A stretch of 64,000 nucleotides of DNA from an uncultured Saprospiraceae bacterium (lineage in GTDB: Bacteria; Bacteroidota; Bacteroidia; Chitinophagales; Saprospiraceae), in NCBI GenBank assembly GCA_964539805.1, contig CAZIKN010000001.1:73782-137781 (forward strand), read 5' to 3'. Below are positions 1 through 8,821 of the stretch, piece after piece. The notes below the pieces were generated by a model, which saw nothing but the letters and a program-made list of their open reading frames with translations, was not told the DNA's origin and did not search any database. Positions within the stretch are counted from its first letter, which is position 1, and every line of letters begins with the position of its first letter. The translations under genes were made by a program, and so were the position numbers.

Positions 1-1
1 C

Positions 2-883
2 AAAACCTTTGTGGCCACACTCGCCCTGAAATTGGTGGAAGAAGGTAAATTTGGCCTTGACGACCCACTGACCCAATGGCTCCCCTCCGAAGTGCTGGAT
101 CGGGTGAAAAATGCCAAATCCTGCAGCGTCCGCCAATTGCTCAACCATACCACAGGCATCGCGGACGTGATTGACGACAACAAGTTTTACCTCGCGGTGC
201 TGAACGACCCCGACAAAAAATGGTCGCCCGAGGAGTTGATCCCATTTGTGTATGGTGACGAGCCTACTTTTGAATCAGGCAAGGGTATCTCCTACTCCAA
301 CACCAATTTTTTGTTGCTGGCTATGGTCATCAACAAGGCCACGGGGCAAGACCACGGGCGTCTGTTGCGCGAAAAAGTGCTGCTCCCCCTCCGGCTCGAT
401 CAGACGTTTTACTACTGGCATGATGATGTGCCGGCCACTACGGCACAGGGCTATTTTGACCTTTACAACAATGGAACGATCCTGAACATGACCAATTACA
501 ACACGGGCAGTGGCAATGGCTACGGCGGGCTCTACTCCAATGTGTTTGATTTACAAACATTTATAGAGGCTTTGGTGCGCAACAAAACAGTGCTTTCCCC
601 CAAAAGCATGGATCAAATGCTGACGTTCACCGCGCCCGAGGGAGAATCCAACCGCGCAAACGGGCTGGGCATTTTTAAGGATTTCCTTGAGCGCGCTCCC
701 GATCAGTTTGCGTACGGCCACCGCGGCCGCGACCTTGGCTATACGGCCGATATGTACTGGTTCCCGAACCAGGACTATACCATTACCTACTTGGTCAACT
801 ATGGCACAGATGCCAAAAGTGAATTGCGCCAGTCTTTTTATGATTTTAGAAAGGCATTGGTGGATGCTATGATGAAACCATGA
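2..883 (+). CDS. serine hydrolase, class C beta-lactamase / DD-peptidase family (5' end outside window)
   Basis: The reading frame is open to the window edge. TLALKLVEEGKFGLDDP, a Y-x-N box (YSNTNF) and an H-x-G box (YGHRGRDLGY) are typical of this fold. The S-x-x-K nucleophile would lie upstream of the window. Confidence 0.7.
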   Translation, partial: KTFVATLALKLVEEGKFGLDDPLTQWLPSEVLDRVKNAKSCSVRQLLNHTTGIADVIDDNKFYLAVLNDPDKKWSPEELIPFVYGDEPTFESGKGISYSNTNFLLLAMVINKATGQDHGRLLREKVLLPLRLDQTFYYWHDDVPATTAQGYFDLYNNGTILNMTNYNTGSGNGYGGLYSNVFDLQTFIEALVRNKTVLSPKSMDQMLTFTAPEGESNRANGLGIFKDFLERAPDQFAYGHRGRDLGYTADMYWFPNQDYTITYLVNYGTDAKSELRQSFYDFRKALVDAMMKP

Positions 884-891
884 TACCTTTG
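884..891 (+). promoter_or_regulatory. candidate Bacteroidota -7 promoter box (TACCTTTG)
   Basis: Exact match to the TAnnTTTG consensus, 25 nt upstream of the ATG at 916. Confidence 0.4.
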
Positions 892-915
892 TCGGCCATT
901 ATCAATTGACAATAT

Positions 916-1746
916 ATGATACCCGTCATACATCTTTTCCCTAAAATAGATGCGAAACTGATTGAACTGCTCCAATCTTTGACCGCTAATGATTGGGAAA
1001 AACAAAGCATTGCCCCTCTATGGACGGTCAAGGATATTGCAGCGCATTTGTTGGACGGAAATATCAGGGCAATTTCCATGTTAAGAGACCATTATTTTGG
1101 AGTAAAGCCCGAAGCGATCCATAACTACCGGGACTTGGTGCAATACTTAAACAACTTGAATGCCGACTGGGTGCATGCCCTTAAAAGGGTAAGCCCGAAG
1201 ATGTTGATTGACCTATTGGAGCATACGGGCAAGTCCTATGTTGCGCTGTTAGAGGCGTTGGACCCAAATGCTCCTGCAATGTTTGCCGTTGCCTGGGCAG
1301 GAGAGGATACGTCCGCCAATTGGTTTCACATAGCGAGGGAATATACGGAAAAATGGCATCACCAGCAACAGATCAGGTTGGCTGTAGGTAAAACTGAAGC
1401 ACTTTATTCAAAGGAATTCTATTTCCCTTATTTGGATACTTCAATGCGGGCTTTGCCCCATCATTACCAAGGCGTAAAAGGCGAAAAGCAGGAAAGCATA
1501 CAGTTCAGTATCATCACTGCCGATGAAACCTACCACTGGTTTTTACAATCAGATGGTCAAAAATGGGTCTTAAAAGAGACAGTAGCCAATGAACCAAGCA
1601 GTGTAGTACAAATCAACGGCGACATTGCCTGGCGCATTTTTACCAAGGGCATTGCTCGCGAGGAGGCACTAAAAGAGATAGACATAAGTGGAAAGACAGA
1701 AATTGGGATCAAAATTGTGGATATGTTGGCCATAATGGCCTTGTAG
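916..1746 (+). CDS. DinB-like / maleylpyruvate isomerase N-terminal domain family protein
   Basis: 276-aa ORF. The N-terminal helix bundle motifs (WTVKDIAAHLLDGN, YTEKWHHQQQI) resemble the DinB_2 / mycothiol-maleylpyruvate isomerase N-terminal domain. The C-terminal half looks SCP2-like. Confidence 0.55.
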   Translation: MIPVIHLFPKIDAKLIELLQSLTANDWEKQSIAPLWTVKDIAAHLLDGNIRAISMLRDHYFGVKPEAIHNYRDLVQYLNNLNADWVHALKRVSPKMLIDLLEHTGKSYVALLEALDPNAPAMFAVAWAGEDTSANWFHIAREYTEKWHHQQQIRLAVGKTEALYSKEFYFPYLDTSMRALPHHYQGVKGEKQESIQFSIITADETYHWFLQSDGQKWVLKETVANEPSSVVQINGDIAWRIFTKGIAREEALKEIDISGKTEIGIKIVDMLAIMAL

Positions 1747-1789
1747 ATCATTATGGTAGCCTCATAAAAAGTTAATAGCGTAATTAGAA

Positions 1790-2215
1790 TCATTCCTTCT
1801 TTTCAGGCATCAACCACCGCCGCAGCACCGCCTTGGCTTGCTCAGACAATGGCATAGGCTGGCCATCGGCCACTTGTACAATGGTGCTTTCGGCATCGGC
1901 TACACAGGCACCCTTTTGAAATAATTTTTGGTAAACTTTAATGGAACTATTCCCAATTTTTAGGATTCCTGTGCCTATATCCACCCGACCAGGCCACATT
2001 ATTTCCTTTTTCAAATGAAGCGTCAGGGAGGCAAGCACAAAACTGGAATGCTCCGTGAACGAAGGAAAATCAGGGTGATAAAGAAATTCTACCCGGCCGG
2101 TCTCCAAAAAAGTAGCAAATACGGCATTGTTCACATGTCCCTGCCTGTCGGTATCTGCGTAGCGGATTTTTTCAAACGTTATAAGCGGGAACGCATCTAA
2201 GGGTAAATCATTCAT
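1790..2215 (-). CDS. acyl-CoA thioesterase, hotdog fold (4HBT/YbgC-like)
   Basis: 141 aa. RYADTDRQGHVNNAVFATFLETGRVEF is the classic 4HBT thioesterase N-terminal motif. Confidence 0.75.
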   Translation of the reverse strand: MNDLPLDAFPLITFEKIRYADTDRQGHVNNAVFATFLETGRVEFLYHPDFPSFTEHSSFVLASLTLHLKKEIMWPGRVDIGTGILKIGNSSIKVYQKLFQKGACVADAESTIVQVADGQPMPLSEQAKAVLRRWLMPEKKE

Positions 2216-2220
2216 GGGTA

Positions 2221-2290
2221 AATGTGATAATGTGATAATGTGATAATGTGATAATGTGATAATGTGATAATTTTGGGAATGTGATAATAT
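2221..2290. repeat. tandem octamer array (AATGTGAT)x6 plus one spaced GGGAATGTGATAAT copy
   Basis: Read directly: six head-to-tail AATGTGAT units at 2221-2268, then AATTTTGGGAATGTGATAAT. The array fills the spacer between the LacI stop (2292) and the thioesterase start (2215). Confidence 0.95.
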
Positions 2291-2291
2291 T

Positions 2292-3377
2292 CTAGATCAT
2301 TTTCATGGCCACTTGCTGCTGTTTCAGGTAGTAATTCATATTTTCCGCTACTACAATATCCAGGGGTAAAAACTGGGTTTTGGACGGTATTTCTTTGAGA
2401 AACAGTAATTTATACAAACTAATAATACCTTGATAACCTTGTTCAATCGGGTTTTGATTGATCAAAAAATTGATCTTGTTAGCACTTAGATGCTGGATAT
2501 TGGCCGGAATGAGGTCAAAGCCCACAATAACAAACTTGTGAAGTTCTTCTTCATCAAGGCAGTCTATCACTTTATAAGCCCTGGAGTTGGTGACAAATAT
2601 GCCGCCAACTTGCGAGGGGCCTTTGGTAAAAGCAGAAAGATAAGCTTTGAGTTTGCTTCTATTGTCAAAATCATCAAAGTTGCTGGAAAACACTGCTATA
2701 TCTTGGTGGGGATGATTGGCAAAATAGTAGCGGAAACCGCGCTCTTTTTCCATCAGGTGACGGGCATTGGTCACGCCTTTTTCCAAGTTGAGCACTAAGG
2801 CAGGCTCGCCAGCGCGCAAGGCAAAGTTGAGGAGGCGTGCCGCCAGCACCCCGCTCTGAAAACTATCCTGACCAATATAGGCTGTTAGGTGCGGATGCTC
2901 CAAAAAGGTATTGATGAGCACTACCGGCAGTTTTATCTTTTCACAATTATCCAATACCAAACTGCCCTCGCGCCCGAACAATGGCGGGAACAACAGCCCA
3001 TCGGGCGGCTGGCGAAGTACCTGCGCTGATTTTTCGATAAAATCATCCGGGCTGAAGAGGTCAAAAAAAACGATTTCCACCGCGATGCCATAGTGCTTGA
3101 CCGACTGATAAGCCTGCTGTACTCCTCTGAAGGGCTGCTCCCAATATGGATCAAACTTGTGGTCGGGCAGTAACGCTACTATACGGATTTGCTTGTTGAA
3201 AGCTAAAGCACTGGCAATCAGGTTGCGCTCGTAGCCAAGTTCGTCCATAACCGCCAAAACCTTGTTGCGCACCGCTTCGGCCACATTGCCCCTGTTGTGC
3301 AGCACACGATCCACTGTGCCCGTTGACACTCCTGCTTTTAAGGCTATATCCTTGATTCTAACGCGGCTGTTTTTCAT
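2292..3377 (-). CDS. LacI family transcriptional regulator
   Basis: The N-terminal HTH (IKDIALKAGVSTGTVDRVLHNRGNV) is followed by a periplasmic-binding-protein-like sugar-binding core. It is divergent from nagB. Confidence 0.9.
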   Translation of the reverse strand: MKNSRVRIKDIALKAGVSTGTVDRVLHNRGNVAEAVRNKVLAVMDELGYERNLIASALAFNKQIRIVALLPDHKFDPYWEQPFRGVQQAYQSVKHYGIAVEIVFFDLFSPDDFIEKSAQVLRQPPDGLLFPPLFGREGSLVLDNCEKIKLPVVLINTFLEHPHLTAYIGQDSFQSGVLAARLLNFALRAGEPALVLNLEKGVTNARHLMEKERGFRYYFANHPHQDIAVFSSNFDDFDNRSKLKAYLSAFTKGPSQVGGIFVTNSRAYKVIDCLDEEELHKFVIVGFDLIPANIQHLSANKINFLINQNPIEQGYQGIISLYKLLFLKEIPSKTQFLPLDIVVAENMNYYLKQQQVAMKMI

Positions 3378-3398
3378 GACAACTGATGTTCAAATGGG

Positions 3399-3406
3399 CA
3401 AATGTA
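3399..3406 (-). promoter_or_regulatory. candidate -7 promoter box for the LacI gene (TACATTTG on the minus strand)
   Basis: CAAATGTA on the plus strand is TAnnTTTG on the minus strand, 22 nt upstream of the start codon at 3377. Confidence 0.4.
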
Positions 3407-3524
3407 CACGGCTTTGGCCCCGCCAACAAGCATATAGGGATTTTTCAGGTCGGTGATCTCCATTTAATTGATCATGCTGACAAAATATGGTGTTTTATAC
3501 CTTTTGGATCAAAAAAAACTTACC

Positions 3525-3536
3525 GTGTGCGCACAC
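3525..3536. promoter_or_regulatory. candidate LacI-family operator (perfect palindrome GTGTGCGCACAC)
   Basis: A 12-bp perfect palindrome with a central CG, as in LacI/GalR operators. It lies in the LacI-nagB divergent spacer, 18 nt upstream of the nagB -7 box. Confidence 0.45.
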
Positions 3537-3553
3537 AATTTCAATAAAGTATA

Positions 3554-3561
3554 TAATTTTG
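3554..3561 (+). promoter_or_regulatory. candidate -7 promoter box (TAATTTTG) for nagB
   Basis: TAnnTTTG match 45 nt upstream of the ATG at 3606. Confidence 0.4.
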
Positions 3562-3605
3562 TCCCAAAATCCATCCACATATATTTATCATATAGTCTAA
3601 AATTT

Positions 3606-5525
3606 ATGAGCAATTCACTAAAGTATCAACTTGAATCTTTTGAAAAGCTGCCGGTCAGGATTTGTCGCGATTCCGTAGAAGGTTCTGTTCATATTGCGCG
3701 TTCCATAGCCTTGGCTATTCGACAGAAACAACAGGATGGCGAGAACATCGTACTGGGTTTAGCCACGGGTTCTTCCCCCATTAAAATCTATGACGAGTTG
3801 GTTCGGCTGCACAAGGAAGAAGGATTAAGCTTCAAGAATGTAATCACCTTCAACTTGGATGAATACTACCCCATGATGCCCACAGCACCACAGAGTTATG
3901 TGCGTTTTATGAATGAATATCTCTTTGATCACGTGGACATCAAGCGCGAAAACATACACATTCCTGATGGCACCATAGCCATGGAAGAAGTGGACGTTTT
4001 TTGCCAGAAATATGAAAAACTAATTGATCAGTATGGCGGTATTGACATCCAGTTGCTTGGCATTGGTCGCAGCGGCCATATTGGTTTCAATGAGCCGGGT
4101 TCGTGGGAATCATCCGCCACGCGCATGGTGCGCTTGGATGCCATTACCCGTTTAGATGCAACCAAGGATTTTGACGAGGAAGACACTATACCCTACCGTG
4201 CCATCACCATGGGCATTGCCAGCATCAAAAAAGCGCGCATGGTGTACCTCATGGCCTGGGGCGGCCACAAGGCGAACATTATTAAAGAAGCGGTGGAGGG
4301 TGAAATAACGCCCAAAGTGCCCGCGAGTTTTCTGCAAAAGCACCCCAATGTAAAGGTTTATGTGGATGAAGCAGCTGCGGCAGAATTTACCCGCATCAAA
4401 ACGCCCTGGTTGTCAGGCATTTGTAAATGGGACGATGACTTGGTGTGCAAAGCAGTGGTTTGGCTTTCTCAAATCACCAACAAACCTATTCTCAAACTTA
4501 CAGAGGAGGATTATTCTGAAAACCACCTCAGTGATATGATCATGGAATATGATTTTGCTTACAATATAAACATTAAGGTGTTCAATCGCCTGCAGCACAC
4601 CATCACGGGATGGCCAGGCGGAAAACCCAATGCCGATGACAGCAACCGCCCTGAGCGCGCCATGCCGGCCAGCAAAAGGGTTATTTTATTCAGCCCGCAC
4701 CCTGATGATGATGTGATCTCTATGGGAGCCACTTTTGAGCGCTTGGTGGAGCAGGGGCATCAGGTACATGTGGCCTACCAAACTTCGGGCAATATTGCCG
4801 TGCACGACCATGATGCTCGCCGTTTTTTGGAGTTTTTCGATGAATTTACCAAAACAATAGGCCTTGAAAGTCAAGAAGTTATTGACAAAATCATCAAAAA
4901 AAACATGGCCTACTTCACGACCAAAGGAAAATCAGGCAATGACTCGGATACCATACGCCTTATCAAGGGCCTGGTTCGCAGGGGTGAAGCAAGGGCTGGC
5001 GCGCGTTTCACAGGGCTAAAAGATAACAATATCCACTTTTTAGATCTGCCATTTTACGAAACAGGCCGCCAGCGCAAAAAGCCTATTGGTGAAGAGGACA
5101 TTGCCATTATCATGGATTTGATCGAGCGGGTAAAGCCCCACCAGATATTTGCCGCAGGTGACTTGGCCGATCCGCACGGCACCCACCGCGTATGCCTTGA
5201 TGGTATTCTGGAGGCATGCAAGCGCCTGTCGGACCGCCCGTGGATGAAGGATTGCTGGCTTTGGCTCTATCGTGGTGCCTGGCACGAGTATGCCCTAGAT
5301 GAAATTGAAATGGCAGTGCCCATCAGTCCCAAACAATTGGAGAAAAAGCGCAGGGCCATTTTTATGCACCAAAGCCAAAAGGATCGCCCACCTTTCCCCG
5401 GCGATGACAGCCGCGAATTTTGGCAGCGCGCCGAAGAGCGCAACCGCGAGACCGCCCGCCTGTATCGCAGTCTCGGTCTGGCGGAGTATGAGGCGATGGA
5501 GGCCTTTAAGCGGTGGCATTTTTAG
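3606..5525 (+). CDS. nagB: long-form glucosamine-6-phosphate deaminase (NagB domain fused to a LmbE/PIG-L-like domain)
   Basis: NagB motifs LGLATGSSP, FNLDEY and LGIGRSGHIGFNEPGS are present. The C-terminal half has the PIG-L-type signature (FSPHPDDDVISMG). I chose the start at M47 of the track ORF (ATG 3606) because the upstream codons overlap the promoter region. Confidence 0.85.
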   Translation: MSNSLKYQLESFEKLPVRICRDSVEGSVHIARSIALAIRQKQQDGENIVLGLATGSSPIKIYDELVRLHKEEGLSFKNVITFNLDEYYPMMPTAPQSYVRFMNEYLFDHVDIKRENIHIPDGTIAMEEVDVFCQKYEKLIDQYGGIDIQLLGIGRSGHIGFNEPGSWESSATRMVRLDAITRLDATKDFDEEDTIPYRAITMGIASIKKARMVYLMAWGGHKANIIKEAVEGEITPKVPASFLQKHPNVKVYVDEAAAAEFTRIKTPWLSGICKWDDDLVCKAVVWLSQITNKPILKLTEEDYSENHLSDMIMEYDFAYNINIKVFNRLQHTITGWPGGKPNADDSNRPERAMPASKRVILFSPHPDDDVISMGATFERLVEQGHQVHVAYQTSGNIAVHDHDARRFLEFFDEFTKTIGLESQEVIDKIIKKNMAYFTTKGKSGNDSDTIRLIKGLVRRGEARAGARFTGLKDNNIHFLDLPFYETGRQRKKPIGEEDIAIIMDLIERVKPHQIFAAGDLADPHGTHRVCLDGILEACKRLSDRPWMKDCWLWLYRGAWHEYALDEIEMAVPISPKQLEKKRRAIFMHQSQKDRPPFPGDDSREFWQRAEERNRETARLYRSLGLAEYEAMEAFKRWHF

Positions 5526-5543
5526 GAAATGGTTAAAAACGAC

Positions 5544-5551
5544 TATTTTTG
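5544..5551 (+). promoter_or_regulatory. candidate -7 promoter box (TATTTTTG)
   Basis: TAnnTTTG match 31 nt upstream of the ATG at 5582. Confidence 0.4.
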
Positions 5552-5581
5552 CAGCGTTGCCCCTGTCGCAACCATTCTAAG

Positions 5582-8065
5582 ATGAAACAAGCCCTAAAAA
5601 CCCTGCTCGCCGAAGGCAAAACCGCCCAAGCCCTCGCCGAACTTCGCAAACTGTCCCTGACGGACAGCGATCTTTCCCATTCCATTATCCAAATTTCTGC
5701 CCGGTTTGCAGAGATGGAGCGACAGCAGCACGCAGGCACGCTTGCGCAGGAAGCCCTTGGTATTGAGCGGAATAAAATCAATGCGGCGGTGTTGGCGGTG
5801 ATTGATCGTTTGGATGACAATTATGGTCTGGACAGTAGTGATGGCCTGACTTGGAGTCAAGCCATCACTACCACGGTGAAAGCAGGCATCGTCCAAAATA
5901 CCGAAAAACAATACAATATTGACCAAATTAATGAGGCTAATTTTGGAATTAAAATAGATGGTTCGGAAAATGTTATTGCGGATAGCAAAATCGCAGCAGG
6001 GCGTGATATTCATATAGGTCCCAAACAACTTGAGACAATTATTGAAAATCAAACCATTATCAATGCCAGTAAACAAGCACTTCCCACCGAACTCACCATC
6101 AACCTCCCCAAAGTAGAAGACCTCAGCAAAATAATCGGGCGTGAAAAGGACTTAGAGCAACTGCGGGAACTATTGCAGCAAAAACTAAAGGTAGTAGTAG
6201 TCAATGGCCTTGGTGGTATTGGTAAGACCACCTTGGCACAGGCATATCTCACACAATATGGTGGCGAATACGCCCACCTGCTTTAGATAGCACAAAGCGA
6301 GGGGGATAATTTTGTGCTTGACGTAATCACCGCCCCTGGCCTGACCCACAACTTGAATATAGACACCAAGGGCAAAGACACGCAGACGATTTTTACCGAG
6401 ATCATCGCCCAACTCAAAAGCCTCTCTGCTGAAAGGCCCAACTTATTGGTGATAGACAATGCCAATACTACTTTGCAGCGATATTTTGAGTACCTGCCCA
6501 AACCACCCTACTGGCATACTTTGGCCACTTCGCGAGAGAAAATAGAGCGTTTTTACGTCAAAGATCTGGATTTTTTGAGCGAGGCAGATGCTGTGCTTTT
6601 GTTCCGACAGCATTGTCAACGCATCAGTGATGAGGCGCAGATCAGGTCGCTGCTCAAAACCATTGATTACCACACCCTGACCATTGAGATTTTGGCCAAG
6701 ACGGCGCAGCGTCACGATACGCCGCTTACTATCCTGCAAGAGGCTATCGAACGCGACCTGAAAGCCGAAGTCTATATTCCGCACAAAGGCGATAAAATTG
6801 GGAAAGTTACTTCTTATCTCTTATCCATTTTCGACCTCGCCCCCCTCAGCGCAGAGGAGCAGCGTCTATTACAGCATTTTACGGCTATGCCGACGGTGTT
6901 TATACCTTATGAGGGCATAAAATATTTGATACCGGAACAAGAAAAAAGCATAGCTGCCACCCTGCAAGACCTCAGCGACAAAGGCTGGCTGATGTACAGT
7001 AGCGATCACGAAGCCTATAAAATACACCGGATCATTCAGGAAGTGGTGAAGCGGAAACTACCGCCTAATATAGGAGAACTCTCTGAGTTGATTCTGCGAG
7101 TAGGTGATTTATTTAATATAGATCAAAACAAAGACAATCCGGTAGATAAATTCCCTTTTATTCCTTTCGGTGAGGCGGTTTTGGCGCTTTTTCCCGATGC
7201 GACAGAGCCCGAAATGAGTGTTTTGCAAAATAATCTAGCAACTGTTTTTAAAGCCCTTGGTGATTACTCCAGCGCCAAAGATTTGTTAGAAAAATCTATG
7301 CGTAGTGATGAGGCCAATTTTGGTGAAAAGCATCCAAATACCGCAGTCCGTTACTCCAATTTGGCATTAGTTCTCAGAGACCTTGGCGATTACAAAGGGG
7401 CCAAGAATTTATTGGAAAAGGCGATTATTAGTGATGAAGAAAACAATGGTGAAAACCATCCGAGCACAATGATTAGTTATTCAAATTTAGCTAATATTTT
7501 ATATACTATTGGTGACTATACAAGTGCCAAAGTTTTGTTAGAAAAAGTAATGTTGAGTAACAAAGCTAATTTTGGTGAAAATCATCCTATGACAACTGTT
7601 AGTTATTCAAATTTAGCCGTAGTTCTTCAAGCACTTGGCGATTATCCTAGCGCAAAGTATTTGTTTGAAAAGGCCTTGTACTATGATGAGACGAACTTCG
7701 TAGAAAATCACCCTATAACCGCAACTCGTTATAATAATTTGGCAACATCACTAATATACTCTCGAGATTATACAGTTGCAAAGGTGTTTTTAGAAAAGGC
7801 TATGCAAGTCACAGAGATAAACTTTGGCAAAAAGCACCCTACAACCGCCACCATTTATTTTAATTTAGCCGCCCTTTGTGTAGAATTAGAAGATTACAAA
7901 AATGCATTTTTGTATATTCAAAAAACCTGTGCTATTTATATGCAATATTTGGACAAAGACCACCCAAATACTAAAAATGCGTATGAGTGGTCAAATCATA
8001 TTACCAACAAAATGCTCGAAAACGGCTGGACGGAGGAGCAGATAGCAGCCTTGATAAGCGAATAG
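5582..8065 (+). pseudogene. STAND NTPase (adaptor-like N-terminal domain + NB-ARC + TPR) interrupted by one in-frame TAG at 6284-6286
   Basis: Track ORFs 5549..6286 and 6314..8065 share one frame. Walker A (VVNGLGGIGKTTLAQ) precedes the stop. Walker B-like NLLVIDNAN lies in the same frame ~50 codons after it. The C-terminus has six ~42-aa kinesin-light-chain-type TPR units (GDYxxAKxLLEKxxxxxxxNFGExHPxT). Confidence 0.75.
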
Positions 8066-8130
8066 GGCTGGATTGTTACACCTTCCTGCTAAAATCGTAC
8101 ATCCCGGCACGCAGCGAAACGTAAAAGCCC

Positions 8131-8138
8131 TATCTTTG
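8131..8138 (+). promoter_or_regulatory. candidate -7 promoter box (TATCTTTG)
   Basis: TAnnTTTG match upstream of the ATG at 8215. Confidence 0.35.
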
Positions 8139-8214
8139 TGGGGCTATGGGTGTGGTTTTACAACTGCTCTGTTTTATATCATCAAAAATTCGACACCAAA
8201 CCATTATTCAAAAT

Positions 8215-8589
8215 ATGACAAATAAAGAACGTCTTTATGACGCTTTTGGAGAACTCCTTTATGTAATTTCCATGGCGGACCATTCCATTCAACCAGAGGA
8301 AATAGAACAAATCAAACAAATGCTGCAACAACACCCCAGCGGGGAAGCCATTCAGTGGTCGTTCAACTATGAGGCGCGCAAACAACGCCCGGTAGAAAAA
8401 GTGTACGAGGCGGTGATAGATGCCTGTCAGGAAGTCGGCCCCGACCCCGAATATGTGTTTTTGATAGAAGTATTGGAAAAAGTAGCCGCCATCCACGCAG
8501 GCAAAAGTGCGGAGGAAGAACAGGTCATCCAGGGCTTTACGAATGACCTGCTCGAACGGTTCAGGAACGATGTGAAAGCGTTGTCTTAA
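8215..8589 (+). CDS. TerB-like (tellurite-resistance TerB family) small protein
   Basis: 124 aa from the internal ATG. The helical pattern LYDAFGELLYVISMADHSIQPEEIEQIK ... EVLEKVAAIHAGKSAEEEQVI resembles TerB/DjlA-N-type domains. Confidence 0.5.
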   Translation: MTNKERLYDAFGELLYVISMADHSIQPEEIEQIKQMLQQHPSGEAIQWSFNYEARKQRPVEKVYEAVIDACQEVGPDPEYVFLIEVLEKVAAIHAGKSAEEEQVIQGFTNDLLERFRNDVKALS

Positions 8590-8616
8590 AATGTCCGGCA
8601 CCTTATCTGGGCGTAT

Positions 8617-8671
8617 TATACGCTGCTAAATGTGCAAAAAATAAGCACATTTAGCAGCGTATATTTTTTTT
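8617..8671 (+). terminator. rho-independent terminator (19-bp perfect stem plus T-run)
   Basis: TATACGCTGCTAAATGTGC (8617-8635), a 9-nt loop, GCACATTTAGCAGCGTATA (8645-8663), then TTTTTTTT. It lies between convergent genes. Confidence 0.8.
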
Positions 8672-8672
8672 A

Positions 8673-8717
8673 ATGCTGCTGAATGTGTGTATATTTGTGC
8701 ACATTTAGCAGCATATA
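8673..8717 (+). repeat. second hairpin built from the same arm sequence as the terminator
   Basis: ATGCTGCTGAATGTGTGT (8673-8690) pairs with GTGCACATTTAGCAGCAT (8697-8714). All four mismatches are G-U wobbles on the plus-strand RNA. The arm is a variant of the 8621-8635 arm. Confidence 0.7.
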
Positions 8718-8821
8718 ATTTTAATATTTTTTGATATAAAATTGATAATCAATGCCTTAACAAAAAACAATATACCGGTTTTCACGCTGCAAATCCTAAC
8801 AAATTTACCCCCTACTCTACC

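Noticed and set aside
2221-2290. Possible CRISPR array
   Set aside because: The repeat unit is only 8 bp with no spacers, and no cas genes are in the window. It is a microsatellite-like tandem repeat, not CRISPR.
5549-5581. TTG start at 5549 for the STAND gene
   Set aside because: It overlaps the TATTTTTG -7 box. ATG 5582 (MKQALKTLL..) begins the recognisable helical domain.
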